IMG/VR virus record: IMGVR_UViG_3300021197_001722
Direction: 5' to 3' (one strand)
DNA: 64,000 bases
From: an uncultured virus (IMG/VR IMGVR_UViG_3300021197_001722)
Lineage: Duplodnaviria > Heunggongvirae > Uroviricota > Caudoviricetes
Shown here: positions 8,801-17,666 of the stretch, piece after piece
Position numbering within the stretch: the first letter of the stretch is position 1
Layout: every line of letters starts with the position of its first letter
Notes under the pieces: generated by a model
Told to the model about the DNA's origin: nothing
Databases searched by the model: none
Seen by the model: the letters and a program-made list of their open reading frames with translations, nothing else
Made by a program: the position numbers and the translations under genes

Positions 8801-10319
8801 TTATAATGATGAAAAAACTTGGAATCTCTTCAAGGAGGGCAGAACCAAAGGTGTTTTTCAGTTAGAGAGTAACCTTGGTCGCGCTTGGTCTAAAAGACTC
8901 CAACCTACAAACATTGAAGAGTTAGGCGCATTGATTGCGCTAATTAGGCCGGGATCACTCAAAGCAGTGACTGACGGTAAATCAATGACTCAGCACTACG
9001 TTGATAGAAAGTTGGGTGTAGATGCCGTCAAGTATCTTCACGAATCTCTAACTGATACGTTGAAGCAAACCAAAGGTGTTCTAATCTATCAAGAACAGTC
9101 TATGCGTATTGCCCAAGAGCTTGCGGGTTTCAACCTACAGGAAGCAGACGTGCTTCGTAAAGCAATTGGAAAGAAGAAAGCAGACCTTATGGCTAAAGTT
9201 AGAAAAGACTTCTTAGAGGGCTGCACAGAGCAGGGTATTGTAAATACAGCTACCGCTGAAGAAATTTTTGGTTGGATTGAGAAATCATCACGATACTCAT
9301 TTAACAAGTCTCATGCGATTTGCTACGCTATCAACTCCTACAAGAGTGCTTGGTATAAAGCTAATCATACAAAAGAGTTCTTTTTGTCATACCTGACCTA
9401 TGCGAATGAAAAACAAGATCCTCACCAAGAAGTGTACGAGCTTGTATCCGATGCTAAGATGTCAGATATATCCGTTAAACTACCTACGCTTAACAAGTGG
9501 CAAAATCATTTCTTTGCTGAGAAAAACAATATCTACTTTGGTATAAAAGATATTAAATCTTTAACAGGTGTCAATGGCGACAAAGTTATTAAAGCTATAA
9601 AAGAATCTCCAAAAGTAAAAAAATGGTTAGATGTATTGATACACCTATCCCCAAACATGAACTCTACAGGTTTTAAAGCTCTTTGCTCTATTGGGTTTTT
9701 CTCTACTCGGCAGACTGGCGTGAGTAGAAACAAGGCGCTATATGAGTATCTTATCTTTAGAAATTTGACTAAAGCTGAGTTAAAATGGGTAACTGAAAAC
9801 TATAAGATTAAGAAGTGGAAAACTCTAACTGAGTGTTTTACTGATTTAGCACCAACCAAAAAAGAGGGTGGAGGAACCAGTAAAGTAGACAGAAAACAAA
9901 TAATTGAAAATGAAATTCATTTCTTAGAAAACCCGCCGTATGACCTTTCAGATGACCCAGAATGGATAATCGAACAAGAAAAGAAATACCTTGGATGTCC
10001 TGTATCTTTATCCAGAGTGGAATCGGCAGATACTTCTTCTTCAAATACAACCTGTAAAGAAATTATAGATGGTAAAGTTGGCAAGAATATTTGCCTTGTT
10101 GCTCATGTAACCAGACTTGTTAATCATAAGTGTAAAACTGGAGACTTGATGGCATTTCTAACTCTAGAAGATGAGACATGCTGTATTGACAATGTAGTTG
10201 TATTTCCAAAGGTTAGAACAAAATACCAATACGTTCTAGACGAAGATATTAATTTATTGTTTTGCGGGCAGATAGAAAAGACAGGTTCTTTCATTATTGA
10301 TAAAATTCACGAAATATAA
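8793..10319 (+). CDS. dnaE: DNA polymerase III alpha, C-terminal part (fingers, HhH, OB)
   Basis: GVFQLES, ALIRPG, YQEQ, ADVLRKAIGKK, YSFNKSHA, EKKYLG and MAFLTLED motifs. Confidence 0.95.
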   Translation: MIDYNDEKTWNLFKEGRTKGVFQLESNLGRAWSKRLQPTNIEELGALIALIRPGSLKAVTDGKSMTQHYVDRKLGVDAVKYLHESLTDTLKQTKGVLIYQEQSMRIAQELAGFNLQEADVLRKAIGKKKADLMAKVRKDFLEGCTEQGIVNTATAEEIFGWIEKSSRYSFNKSHAICYAINSYKSAWYKANHTKEFFLSYLTYANEKQDPHQEVYELVSDAKMSDISVKLPTLNKWQNHFFAEKNNIYFGIKDIKSLTGVNGDKVIKAIKESPKVKKWLDVLIHLSPNMNSTGFKALCSIGFFSTRQTGVSRNKALYEYLIFRNLTKAELKWVTENYKIKKWKTLTECFTDLAPTKKEGGGTSKVDRKQIIENEIHFLENPPYDLSDDPEWIIEQEKKYLGCPVSLSRVESADTSSSNTTCKEIIDGKVGKNICLVAHVTRLVNHKCKTGDLMAFLTLEDETCCIDNVVVFPKVRTKYQYVLDEDINLLFCGQIEKTGSFIIDKIHEI

Positions 10320-10349
10320 TTGACTTTTTTGGCATTTTGATGCTATAAT
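10320..10349 (+). promoter_or_regulatory. Sigma70-type promoter with extended -10, upstream of ssb and the glycosyltransferase operon
   Basis: TTGACT (10320-10325), 18-bp spacer ending in TGC, TATAAT (10344-10349). AGGAG at 10367-10371. Confidence 0.75.
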
Positions 10350-10375
10350 ACAGAGTAATACAAAATAGGAGTAAA

Positions 10376-10699
10376 TTGATGAATAATTGCACCTTTACTG
10401 GGTATCTTTTACACGACCCACAAATAGATAGTGAAGGGGGAGGTACGGCTTGCTGCACCGTAAAGATGGTAACTTATGAATATCGTAAAAACAAACGTGG
10501 GGAAAAGAAGAAGGTTCCAACAACCGTTACGCTACAAGCTTGGGCTAGCGGCGCAGAGACTATTGCCAAACTTGGTAAAAAAGGCACAAAGATGACTGTA
10601 TACGCCTCCGCCAGAAACAGTTTTATGAAGACGGAAGCTAGTGACGATATTATATTTAGAATTAATGAATTTGATTTTGGTTGTCTAGACAAGGAATAA
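10376..10699 (+). CDS. ssb: Single-stranded DNA-binding protein (OB fold only)
   Basis: N..TFTGYL..DP and QAWASGAETIAKLGKKG match the SSB OB fold. It lies directly after dnaE. Confidence 0.75.
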   Translation: MMNNCTFTGYLLHDPQIDSEGGGTACCTVKMVTYEYRKNKRGEKKKVPTTVTLQAWASGAETIAKLGKKGTKMTVYASARNSFMKTEASDDIIFRINEFDFGCLDKE

Positions 10700-10700
10700 A

Positions 10701-12374
10701 ATGAGAAAAAAAAGAATCCTATTTTGTAGTGAGGCTACCTTTTTAAACACAGGGTACGCAACCTATACCAGAGAAATCTTGAACTATCTGTATAGCACAG
10801 GTAAATATGAAATTGCAGAAATGGCATCATACGGAGAAAGAAATGACCCAAGAGCAGTAGACATTCCTTGGAAATACTACGGCGTTATGCCAAATCAAAA
10901 CTGTGAACCTAAAGCTAGCGAAGAAGAAGTAAGAGCTTACAATTCAAATCCAACAAATCAATTCGGCTCTTGGGCTTTTGAGCATGTGTGTTTAGATTTC
11001 TTACCGGATTTTGTTTGTGATATTCGTGACTTTTGGATGCTAGAATTTGCTGAAAGATCCCCTTTTAGAGATTATTTCCGTTGGGTTATAATGCCAACTG
11101 TTGACGCAAGACCACAAGCTCGTCAATGGGTTGCTACTTATGCGGGAGCAGATGCCTGCCTAACATATTCAGACTGGGCTGGCGGTGTTTTAGAAAATCA
11201 ATCTGGAGGAAAGATTAATTATCTAGGCAGCGCTCCTCCTTCTGCACACCCCGCATACAAGCCGGTTGAAGATAAAGTTCTACATAAAATTCAAATGGGT
11301 ATTGATCCTAGCTATAAAGTCATCGGAACGGTAATGCGTAATCAGAGGCGCAAACTGTATCCAGACCTGTTTGAAGCTTTTCGTAAATTTCTAGATACAT
11401 CAGAAGACAAAAAGTATTATCTGTATTGTCATACGTCTTATCCAGATTTAGGTTGGAATATAGATGAGCTTTTGCAAGAGTATAATCTTGCATCACATGT
11501 TTTATTTACATATATTTGTCCAGATACTAAAAAGCCTTTCGTCTCTAAATTTAAAGGCGCTGTGGCACAATCTCCCTTTACAAACAAATGGGGTTCTACA
11601 TTATCTAATGTTAAAAATGGGCTTAGTTACGAAGATCTATCAAGGGTTGTAAATTGCTTTGATCTTTATACTCAGTACGCAAACTGTGAGGGGTTTGGTT
11701 TACCTCAAGTTGAAGCTGCGGCGTGTGGGGTTCCTGTTTGTGGAACTGATTATTCCGCGATGGAAAGTGTTTTGAGGAAGTTGGAGGGATACCCTATCAC
11801 GCCAGCGGCTTTGTATAAAGAACTAGAAACTGGTTGCTTACGAGCAGTACCAGATAACGATGTAGCCTCAAAGTTTTTCTACGACTTTTTCCAGAAAACG
11901 GACGAAGAACGTGCCGAGATGGGAAAGAAAACAAGAGAAGCATTTGATAAATATTATCAATGGCATTTAAGTGGCTCTGTGTGGGAGAAATATTTTGATG
12001 AAACAGATCCTATAAGTTTTGAGATAGGTTGGGGTTCTGCTCCAAAAATTCTACCACCAGCAGAAAAGCAAGACTTAGGACAAGCCCGACATTCTCAAGC
12101 TACTCAGTGGTTGATAGAAAATGTTTTGAGACAACCAGAAAAAGTTAATTCATTTTTAGCTGATAGAATGACAAAAGACTTGTTGTACAAATCTTCTACT
12201 AGTTCTACAGGTGGTATGTATTTCAACGAAAGTAGCGCTGCTTTTGACGGGCAGCAGCACAGAAGTCATTTCGATTTTAATGTTGCATACGACCAAATGA
12301 AGATGCAAAGAGAAAGAATTAATCACTGGGAGCAAGAGAGAATAAACAGAATGAAAGCACTTAATGTACAATAG
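10701..12374 (+). CDS. GT-B (GT4-like) glycosyltransferase
   Basis: TGY near the N-terminus; RNQRRK; EGFGLPQVEAAACGVP. Confidence 0.9.
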   Translation: MRKKRILFCSEATFLNTGYATYTREILNYLYSTGKYEIAEMASYGERNDPRAVDIPWKYYGVMPNQNCEPKASEEEVRAYNSNPTNQFGSWAFEHVCLDFLPDFVCDIRDFWMLEFAERSPFRDYFRWVIMPTVDARPQARQWVATYAGADACLTYSDWAGGVLENQSGGKINYLGSAPPSAHPAYKPVEDKVLHKIQMGIDPSYKVIGTVMRNQRRKLYPDLFEAFRKFLDTSEDKKYYLYCHTSYPDLGWNIDELLQEYNLASHVLFTYICPDTKKPFVSKFKGAVAQSPFTNKWGSTLSNVKNGLSYEDLSRVVNCFDLYTQYANCEGFGLPQVEAAACGVPVCGTDYSAMESVLRKLEGYPITPAALYKELETGCLRAVPDNDVASKFFYDFFQKTDEERAEMGKKTREAFDKYYQWHLSGSVWEKYFDETDPISFEIGWGSAPKILPPAEKQDLGQARHSQATQWLIENVLRQPEKVNSFLADRMTKDLLYKSSTSSTGGMYFNESSAAFDGQQHRSHFDFNVAYDQMKMQRERINHWEQERINRMKALNVQ

Positions 12375-13011
12375 TCAAACAAAACAAGATCTATTTGTCC
12401 ATAAACTATTAAAATATACTGGCGGGTACTTCGTAGATATTGGTGCTGGAACAGGAGGTTTAAGAGGATACCCGGAAGGGTTCTATAGCAATAGCTATTT
12501 CTTTGAGAAGTTTTTGCGTTACGAAGGTATCGCTATCGACTTCGACGAAGAATGGATAAAGGAGGTAGAGAGTTATAGAACTTGCCAGTTAGTTTGCGAA
12601 GACTTGATGGAAGTAAATATAAACGATGTTCTTAACCGGCAAGGATGCCCTTTAGAAATTGATTATTTATCAATAGACGTAGATGATGCACAACTCAAAG
12701 TTTTCACAGAATTTGACTGGAACAAATACAGATTTAAAGTATTGACTCTGGAACATAACTTGTTTCAAGCCCTTCCGGGATGTACTCAGAATCATAGCGA
12801 AGATCACAAACGTAAGATCCTAAGCGAGCATAAGCTCTACAGAGATACACTGAGGGGTCATAACTACCATTTGCTCTGGGGAGACGTGATACTAGATGGC
12901 TACGGACCAGTAGAAGATTGGTGGGTGAGTGAAGATCTTTATGAGAAATATAAGTCTTACGAAAGACACAGTGTAAACTGTAACGAGGTAGTAAATGCTC
13001 TTTTTAGATAA
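12364..13011 (+). CDS. FkbM-like SAM methyltransferase
   Basis: SQTKQD, GYFVDIGA, SNSY.FE, IDYLSIDVD and LEHN motifs. Paralogous to 2000..2503. Confidence 0.75.
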   Translation: MYNSQTKQDLFVHKLLKYTGGYFVDIGAGTGGLRGYPEGFYSNSYFFEKFLRYEGIAIDFDEEWIKEVESYRTCQLVCEDLMEVNINDVLNRQGCPLEIDYLSIDVDDAQLKVFTEFDWNKYRFKVLTLEHNLFQALPGCTQNHSEDHKRKILSEHKLYRDTLRGHNYHLLWGDVILDGYGPVEDWWVSEDLYEKYKSYERHSVNCNEVVNALFR

Positions 13012-13672
13012 AATAAAAGAAAAATATCCAAATCCTAAGAATGTATTTGAAATTGGCGCACATAGAGGATATGATATACCAGAGATAGTAAAAGCTTTTC
13101 CAGAAGCTAATGTTTACGCTTTTGAAGCAGATCCTTATAACTACGATATTTGTGTTGAGAACTGTGCCGAATTTGCTAATGTTCACGTTTATAATCAAGC
13201 TGTGTACAATGCAAACCAAGAAATGACTTTTAATAGGTTTTGCGATATTGAGAATATTCCAGATGAAGAAACGCTTAAAGGTCAAAACCTACAATTCACA
13301 GGTTGTGGTTCGTTACACAAACCCGGAGTTGGATTGACGGAAATTTATAAAATAAAAGATGTTGTAGAAGAAATAAAAGTCCAAGCCGTGACTTTACAGT
13401 ATTTTTGTAATAAAAATAATATTGACTCTATTGATGCTTTGTTTATGGATGTTCAAGGCGCAGAGATGAATGTAATTCAAGGTGCTGGCAACATACTAAT
13501 GTCAACTGTTAAAGCTATCGCATTAGAGTGGTCAACTAACTACACACTCTACGAAAACGAGACTGACTTTATTTACATTAAAAGATATTTAGAAAATGCT
13601 TTAAGATTGGAAGAAGCCCAGAGAGAATACCAGCTACAAGGACTTAATGGAGACTCATTATTTTTGAGGTAA
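12995..13672 (+). CDS. FkbM family methyltransferase
   Basis: FEIGAHRG, YAFEADP and MDVQGAE motifs. Confidence 0.9.
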   Translation: MLFLDKIKEKYPNPKNVFEIGAHRGYDIPEIVKAFPEANVYAFEADPYNYDICVENCAEFANVHVYNQAVYNANQEMTFNRFCDIENIPDEETLKGQNLQFTGCGSLHKPGVGLTEIYKIKDVVEEIKVQAVTLQYFCNKNNIDSIDALFMDVQGAEMNVIQGAGNILMSTVKAIALEWSTNYTLYENETDFIYIKRYLENALRLEEAQREYQLQGLNGDSLFLR

Positions 13673-13674
13673 AA

Positions 13675-14814
13675 ATGAAAGTATTATACATAGGACATTA
13701 TAAAGAGTTTGGCGGTTGGGGTCAAGCCGCAACAGATTACATTCTAGCCTTAGATAAGGTTGGTGTAGATGTTGTCTGTAGAAATGTTACCTTGACTAGA
13801 GACAAGCCTGACGTAAACGCAAGAATTTTAGAGCTAGAAAAAAAGGATACAAACGACTGTACAATTTGTATTCAACACGTTCTACCTCACCACATTGAAG
13901 CGACTAGTAAGTTTGAAAAGAATATTGCTTTCTTTGCGGGTGAATCAACTAGCATCAAGCACCTTCCGTGGTTTGATCACCTGCAACTGGTAGATCAAGT
14001 TTGGGTTCCAAATGGGGATCTAAAAAAATCACTAGATTACGATGCTCTTGGAGTTGACGTTCGGGTTATTCCTCACACTACAGATATTAGCAAGTTTAAG
14101 CAGAGCTATAATCCTTTGCAGATTCCCTCCACACAAAACAGGTTTAAGTTTTATTACATTGGAGATGTCAACGCAAGAAAAAACATTGACACAATCATCA
14201 CTTGCTTTAATTCTGAGTTCGATAAGTATGACGATGTTTGTCTGATCGTTAAAGTAAACAAGTTTGGTGTTGATCCAGAAGCACTAACAAAAGAACTAGA
14301 CAGTCAGTTCTCTGCCGTGAAAAGCTCTATGAGGCTATATCAAGATATTAACGAATATCCAAAAGAAGTAATTATCGCGAATAGGATGACGGAAGAACAG
14401 CTATGTTCCCTACACGCTACTTGTGATTGTTTTATCGCTCCGTCTAGAGGTGAGGCTTGGTCAATCCCTAGCTTTGACGCTATGGCTTTTGGAAACACTC
14501 CAATTGTTTCTGACTTTGGTGGTACGAAAGATTTTGTTGATAGTGGCAACTGGAGAACAGGACATAAAATTAAAGGGACATACGACGTTTGTAAATACCC
14601 AGATCCAGCTTTCCCAGACCTGTTTACTGGCAGAGAGTTTTGGTTCCACCCCTGCGAAAAGCAAATCCGCGAACAGATGCGCACCTCCTTCGATTCTTGG
14701 AAGAAAGACCCCATCACGTACAAGTCTAGAAACCAAGCGGCTGGCGTGAAAAGAGCAGAGAATTATTCTTACGACAATATTGGAAAGTTGATGAGGGAGA
14801 CTTTAAGTGAGTAG
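13675..14814 (+). CDS. GT4-like glycosyltransferase
   Basis: RKN motif; SRGEAWSIPSFDAMAFG. Confidence 0.85.
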   Translation: MKVLYIGHYKEFGGWGQAATDYILALDKVGVDVVCRNVTLTRDKPDVNARILELEKKDTNDCTICIQHVLPHHIEATSKFEKNIAFFAGESTSIKHLPWFDHLQLVDQVWVPNGDLKKSLDYDALGVDVRVIPHTTDISKFKQSYNPLQIPSTQNRFKFYYIGDVNARKNIDTIITCFNSEFDKYDDVCLIVKVNKFGVDPEALTKELDSQFSAVKSSMRLYQDINEYPKEVIIANRMTEEQLCSLHATCDCFIAPSRGEAWSIPSFDAMAFGNTPIVSDFGGTKDFVDSGNWRTGHKIKGTYDVCKYPDPAFPDLFTGREFWFHPCEKQIREQMRTSFDSWKKDPITYKSRNQAAGVKRAENYSYDNIGKLMRETLSE

Positions 14815-15793
14815 TCAAACAAGAAGTATTATTAATAAGGCGACATCAAAGGAAGATAAATACAATATTCTCACTTTTGATACACATGAAAGATACCAAA
14901 GTCAGTTGTGTAAAACTGGTCACAATTTTTATTCTTTTAGATACGATGGTTGTAAAGTTTGGGATGAAAACTATGCCAAGCGACCAGAAAATTATTATAT
15001 ATTACCCAACAATACTATTTTTAACTGGCTTAACTTTGATTTCATATTAACGCAAAGTAAATTCGGACAGTTTCAAGCAACACAGAGTATTAATCAAACG
15101 CTATCAATACCAGTCTTGAATCTTGAGCATACCCTTCCGATTTCAAGCTGGCCTAAACAGCAGACAGAAGCATTTCGTCAAATGGAAGGCGATATTAATA
15201 TATTCATCTCAGATTACTCCGCTAAAGAATGGAATATGTCTGAAGATTACAAAGTTATTAAACATTCCGTGGACTCAAAACTTTTTTGCCCCGGAGAATC
15301 GGAAAGAAAGAATCAAGTTCTAAGTGTTGCCAATGACTTTATAAACAGAGACTATTGCCTTAATTATCAAGGATGGCAGCGAGTTACAGAGGGTTTTCCT
15401 GTCAGGGTTGTGGGAGACACACCGGGGCTTTCTGAGCCAGCAAAAGACGTGTCAGAGCTTGTGAAGGAATATCAAACATCTTCTGTGTTTTTTAACTCTT
15501 CTACCATTAGTCCTGTGCCGACATCTTTAGTTGAAGCTATGTCTTGTGGATGCGCGGTTGTATCGACTGCAACTTGCATGATACCAGAAATAATTGAAAA
15601 TGGTGTAAACGGATTTATTTCAAACGACGAAACAGAATTGAAGGGCTATATTAAACAATTGCTTGACGATCCATCTCTAGCAGCAAAAATGGGAAATGCC
15701 GCAAGAGAGACTGCTGTTGAAAAGTTCTCAGAAGAATCATTCATAAATAATTGGAACGAAACATTTGATCTCGCATATAGGATGAAAAAATGA
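14807..15793 (+). CDS. GT4-like glycosyltransferase
   Basis: PTSLVEAMSCGCAVVS...PEIIENGVNGF; MGNAARE. Confidence 0.9.
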   Translation: MSSQTRSIINKATSKEDKYNILTFDTHERYQSQLCKTGHNFYSFRYDGCKVWDENYAKRPENYYILPNNTIFNWLNFDFILTQSKFGQFQATQSINQTLSIPVLNLEHTLPISSWPKQQTEAFRQMEGDINIFISDYSAKEWNMSEDYKVIKHSVDSKLFCPGESERKNQVLSVANDFINRDYCLNYQGWQRVTEGFPVRVVGDTPGLSEPAKDVSELVKEYQTSSVFFNSSTISPVPTSLVEAMSCGCAVVSTATCMIPEIIENGVNGFISNDETELKGYIKQLLDDPSLAAKMGNAARETAVEKFSEESFINNWNETFDLAYRMKK

Positions 15794-16206
15794 AAGTACA
15801 GATTGTATTAACAGAAGAAGATAAAATTGAAGGCTTTACAACAATTGAGTTAAAAAATTTAGGTGTTGCAATAGAAGATATTTCTGATAATAAATGTGAA
15901 TTTATAGTTGCTACCAAGATTATTAATGTGCTAAGGCCAGAACAGATTGCAGATTTTATTAACTTGATAACATCAAAATTAAGGCGTGGCGGAACTCTAG
16001 TCTTGTCTGGGATTGAACCAAAAGTCTTGTGTAAGATGATTTCAAATGATCTTGTCAGAGAGGAAACACTAAATAATATCGTATCGCAGTGTAGTTCTGT
16101 GATGCCCATGAAAAACTGTCTAGAATTGCTATCTACAAAAGGTTTACAAATTAATAACGCATCAATAAATGGAGTAGAATATGAAATCTCAGCAAAACGT
16201 AACTGA
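15790..16206 (+). CDS. Hypothetical protein, degenerate methyltransferase-like
   Basis: KLRRGGTLVL resembles the LKPGG motif of class I MTases, but the SAM-binding motif I is missing. Confidence 0.55.
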   Translation: MKVQIVLTEEDKIEGFTTIELKNLGVAIEDISDNKCEFIVATKIINVLRPEQIADFINLITSKLRRGGTLVLSGIEPKVLCKMISNDLVREETLNNIVSQCSSVMPMKNCLELLSTKGLQINNASINGVEYEISAKRN

Positions 16207-16915
16207 ATGTGACAACTGTAAAAAATATACCGATCATGATTGTACTGAAAACAGAATCAGACAGCATCGAAAAGAAGGTCGTCGGATTCGCAAACAGCCA
16301 ACCGTAATTTCTGGTGAATGTGAAGGCTTTGTAGACAAGAGAAATGTTTCTCCAGAGGCTACACCCGCACCAGAGCCTACACCTGTAGCAGAGGCTACAC
16401 CCGCACCAGAGCCTACATCAGAGCCAGCGCCCGATTTGAAGACTGAACCAACGTTTGGCGTTGTGGCTTTTGTTGAAGATGTAGAATCAGCAGTAGAAAA
16501 ATTATTGAGTGTTAACTATAGCACAAGTAAAGTTAAAATACACATTGTTTCAACTCCAGAAAAACCAGAGCGAAAAATGATTGCACTAGATCAGTTGAAG
16601 CACAAATTCAATCATTCAACGTTGACAATGAATTTACTGGAAAAAGAATTGATTCAAACAGAAAGTCATGCATTTGGATTGGTAAAAGAAGCAAAATACT
16701 TTGTGATGATTGAAGATGGAGACGAGTTAGATCCAGATTTCTTACAGAAAGTTTCAGATAACGAATCAGAAATAGGAATTTATTCTGATAGAACTACGGT
16801 GGCTATTAGTTCTAGGTTGGCAAGTAAAAACTACTTAGATTATGCTGACTTTGGTTTTATGCTGGACTCATTCATGGAAAATAAAGACTCAGTTTGTTAT
16901 CTAAATGAAAAATAA
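16181..16915 (+). CDS. Hypothetical protein with a Cys-rich N-terminus and Pro/Glu/Ala/Thr linker
   Basis: CDNC...C...C at the N-terminus; PEATPAPEPT repeats; possible degenerate GT-A-like C-terminal domain. Confidence 0.6.
   Translation: MKSQQNVTECDNCKKYTDHDCTENRIRQHRKEGRRIRKQPTVISGECEGFVDKRNVSPEATPAPEPTPVAEATPAPEPTSEPAPDLKTEPTFGVVAFVEDVESAVEKLLSVNYSTSKVKIHIVSTPEKPERKMIALDQLKHKFNHSTLTMNLLEKELIQTESHAFGLVKEAKYFVMIEDGDELDPDFLQKVSDNESEIGIYSDRTTVAISSRLASKNYLDYADFGFMLDSFMENKDSVCYLNEK
16353..16417 (+). repeat. Direct repeat of 29 bp with a 36-bp period, inside the coding linker
   Basis: CAGAGGCTACACCCGCACCAGAGCCTACA occurs at 16353-16381 and 16389-16417. Confidence 0.9.
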
Positions 16916-17666
16916 AAAGTTTATAGTAGACGCTAAAAGACAAGACAAGAAAAAACGAGGGGACTTTGTTTCCATAATTCTTCTTTCTGAAAACTACGGA
17001 TACAGAATGAAATCTTATGGACCAATGTCTCTTTTGTCAATTGACAAGTCTTCTCTCATAGAAAAACAGATAAATGTAATTAAATCATTCTTTATAAACT
17101 ATGAAATCATTGTATGTTGCGGTTTTGAATCAAAGAAAACAATTGATTTTTTAAAAGATAATTACAAAAACGAAAATTTAAGAATTATTGAAAATCAAAT
17201 TTACTCCAACTCAAACTCTTGCGAAAGCGCAAGATTATGCGTTAACAATACGATGAATCATAAGATTCTAATACTGTACGGAGATTTAGTCATAACAAAA
17301 GACATGTTAGGTCAAATAGATTTTAATAGTAATTGCGTTTTAACTCAAGACGAAAACAAACATAATAATTACTCTATATCCGTTATAGAACACAATAAGA
17401 GTTTAAAAAATCTTTGTATAGGTGGTAAGTCTAATTTTTGGATGGATTGTTTGTATTTGAGTGACGAAGAATCTATATTAAAATTTACATCCATAGTAAA
17501 TAACATTGAATACAAAAACAAGTTTCTTTTTGAGGCTATAAATGAGTTGATAAAAAGTACAAATATTCTAGTTTGTAAAAACCAAGGGCGATCCATATTT
17601 AAAGTTAATAACATAAAATCATTGAGGGATTACATAAGCAATGAAAATTATAATTCAAGAAAATAA
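16905..17666 (+). CDS. Nucleotidyltransferase-like protein (LicC/GlmU-like fold), probably degenerate
   Basis: IILLSENYGYRMKSYGPMSLL is a divergent form of LAAGxGxRM...PK; ILYGDL also present. Confidence 0.65.
   Translation: MKNKKFIVDAKRQDKKKRGDFVSIILLSENYGYRMKSYGPMSLLSIDKSSLIEKQINVIKSFFINYEIIVCCGFESKKTIDFLKDNYKNENLRIIENQIYSNSNSCESARLCVNNTMNHKILILYGDLVITKDMLGQIDFNSNCVLTQDENKHNNYSISVIEHNKSLKNLCIGGKSNFWMDCLYLSDEESILKFTSIVNNIEYKNKFLFEAINELIKSTNILVCKNQGRSIFKVNNIKSLRDYISNENYNSRK

Noticed and set aside
7700..8850. Split intein or group I intron in dnaE
   Set aside because: No intein terminal motifs. The interval is entirely filled by overlapping ORFs, leaving no space for a ribozyme core.
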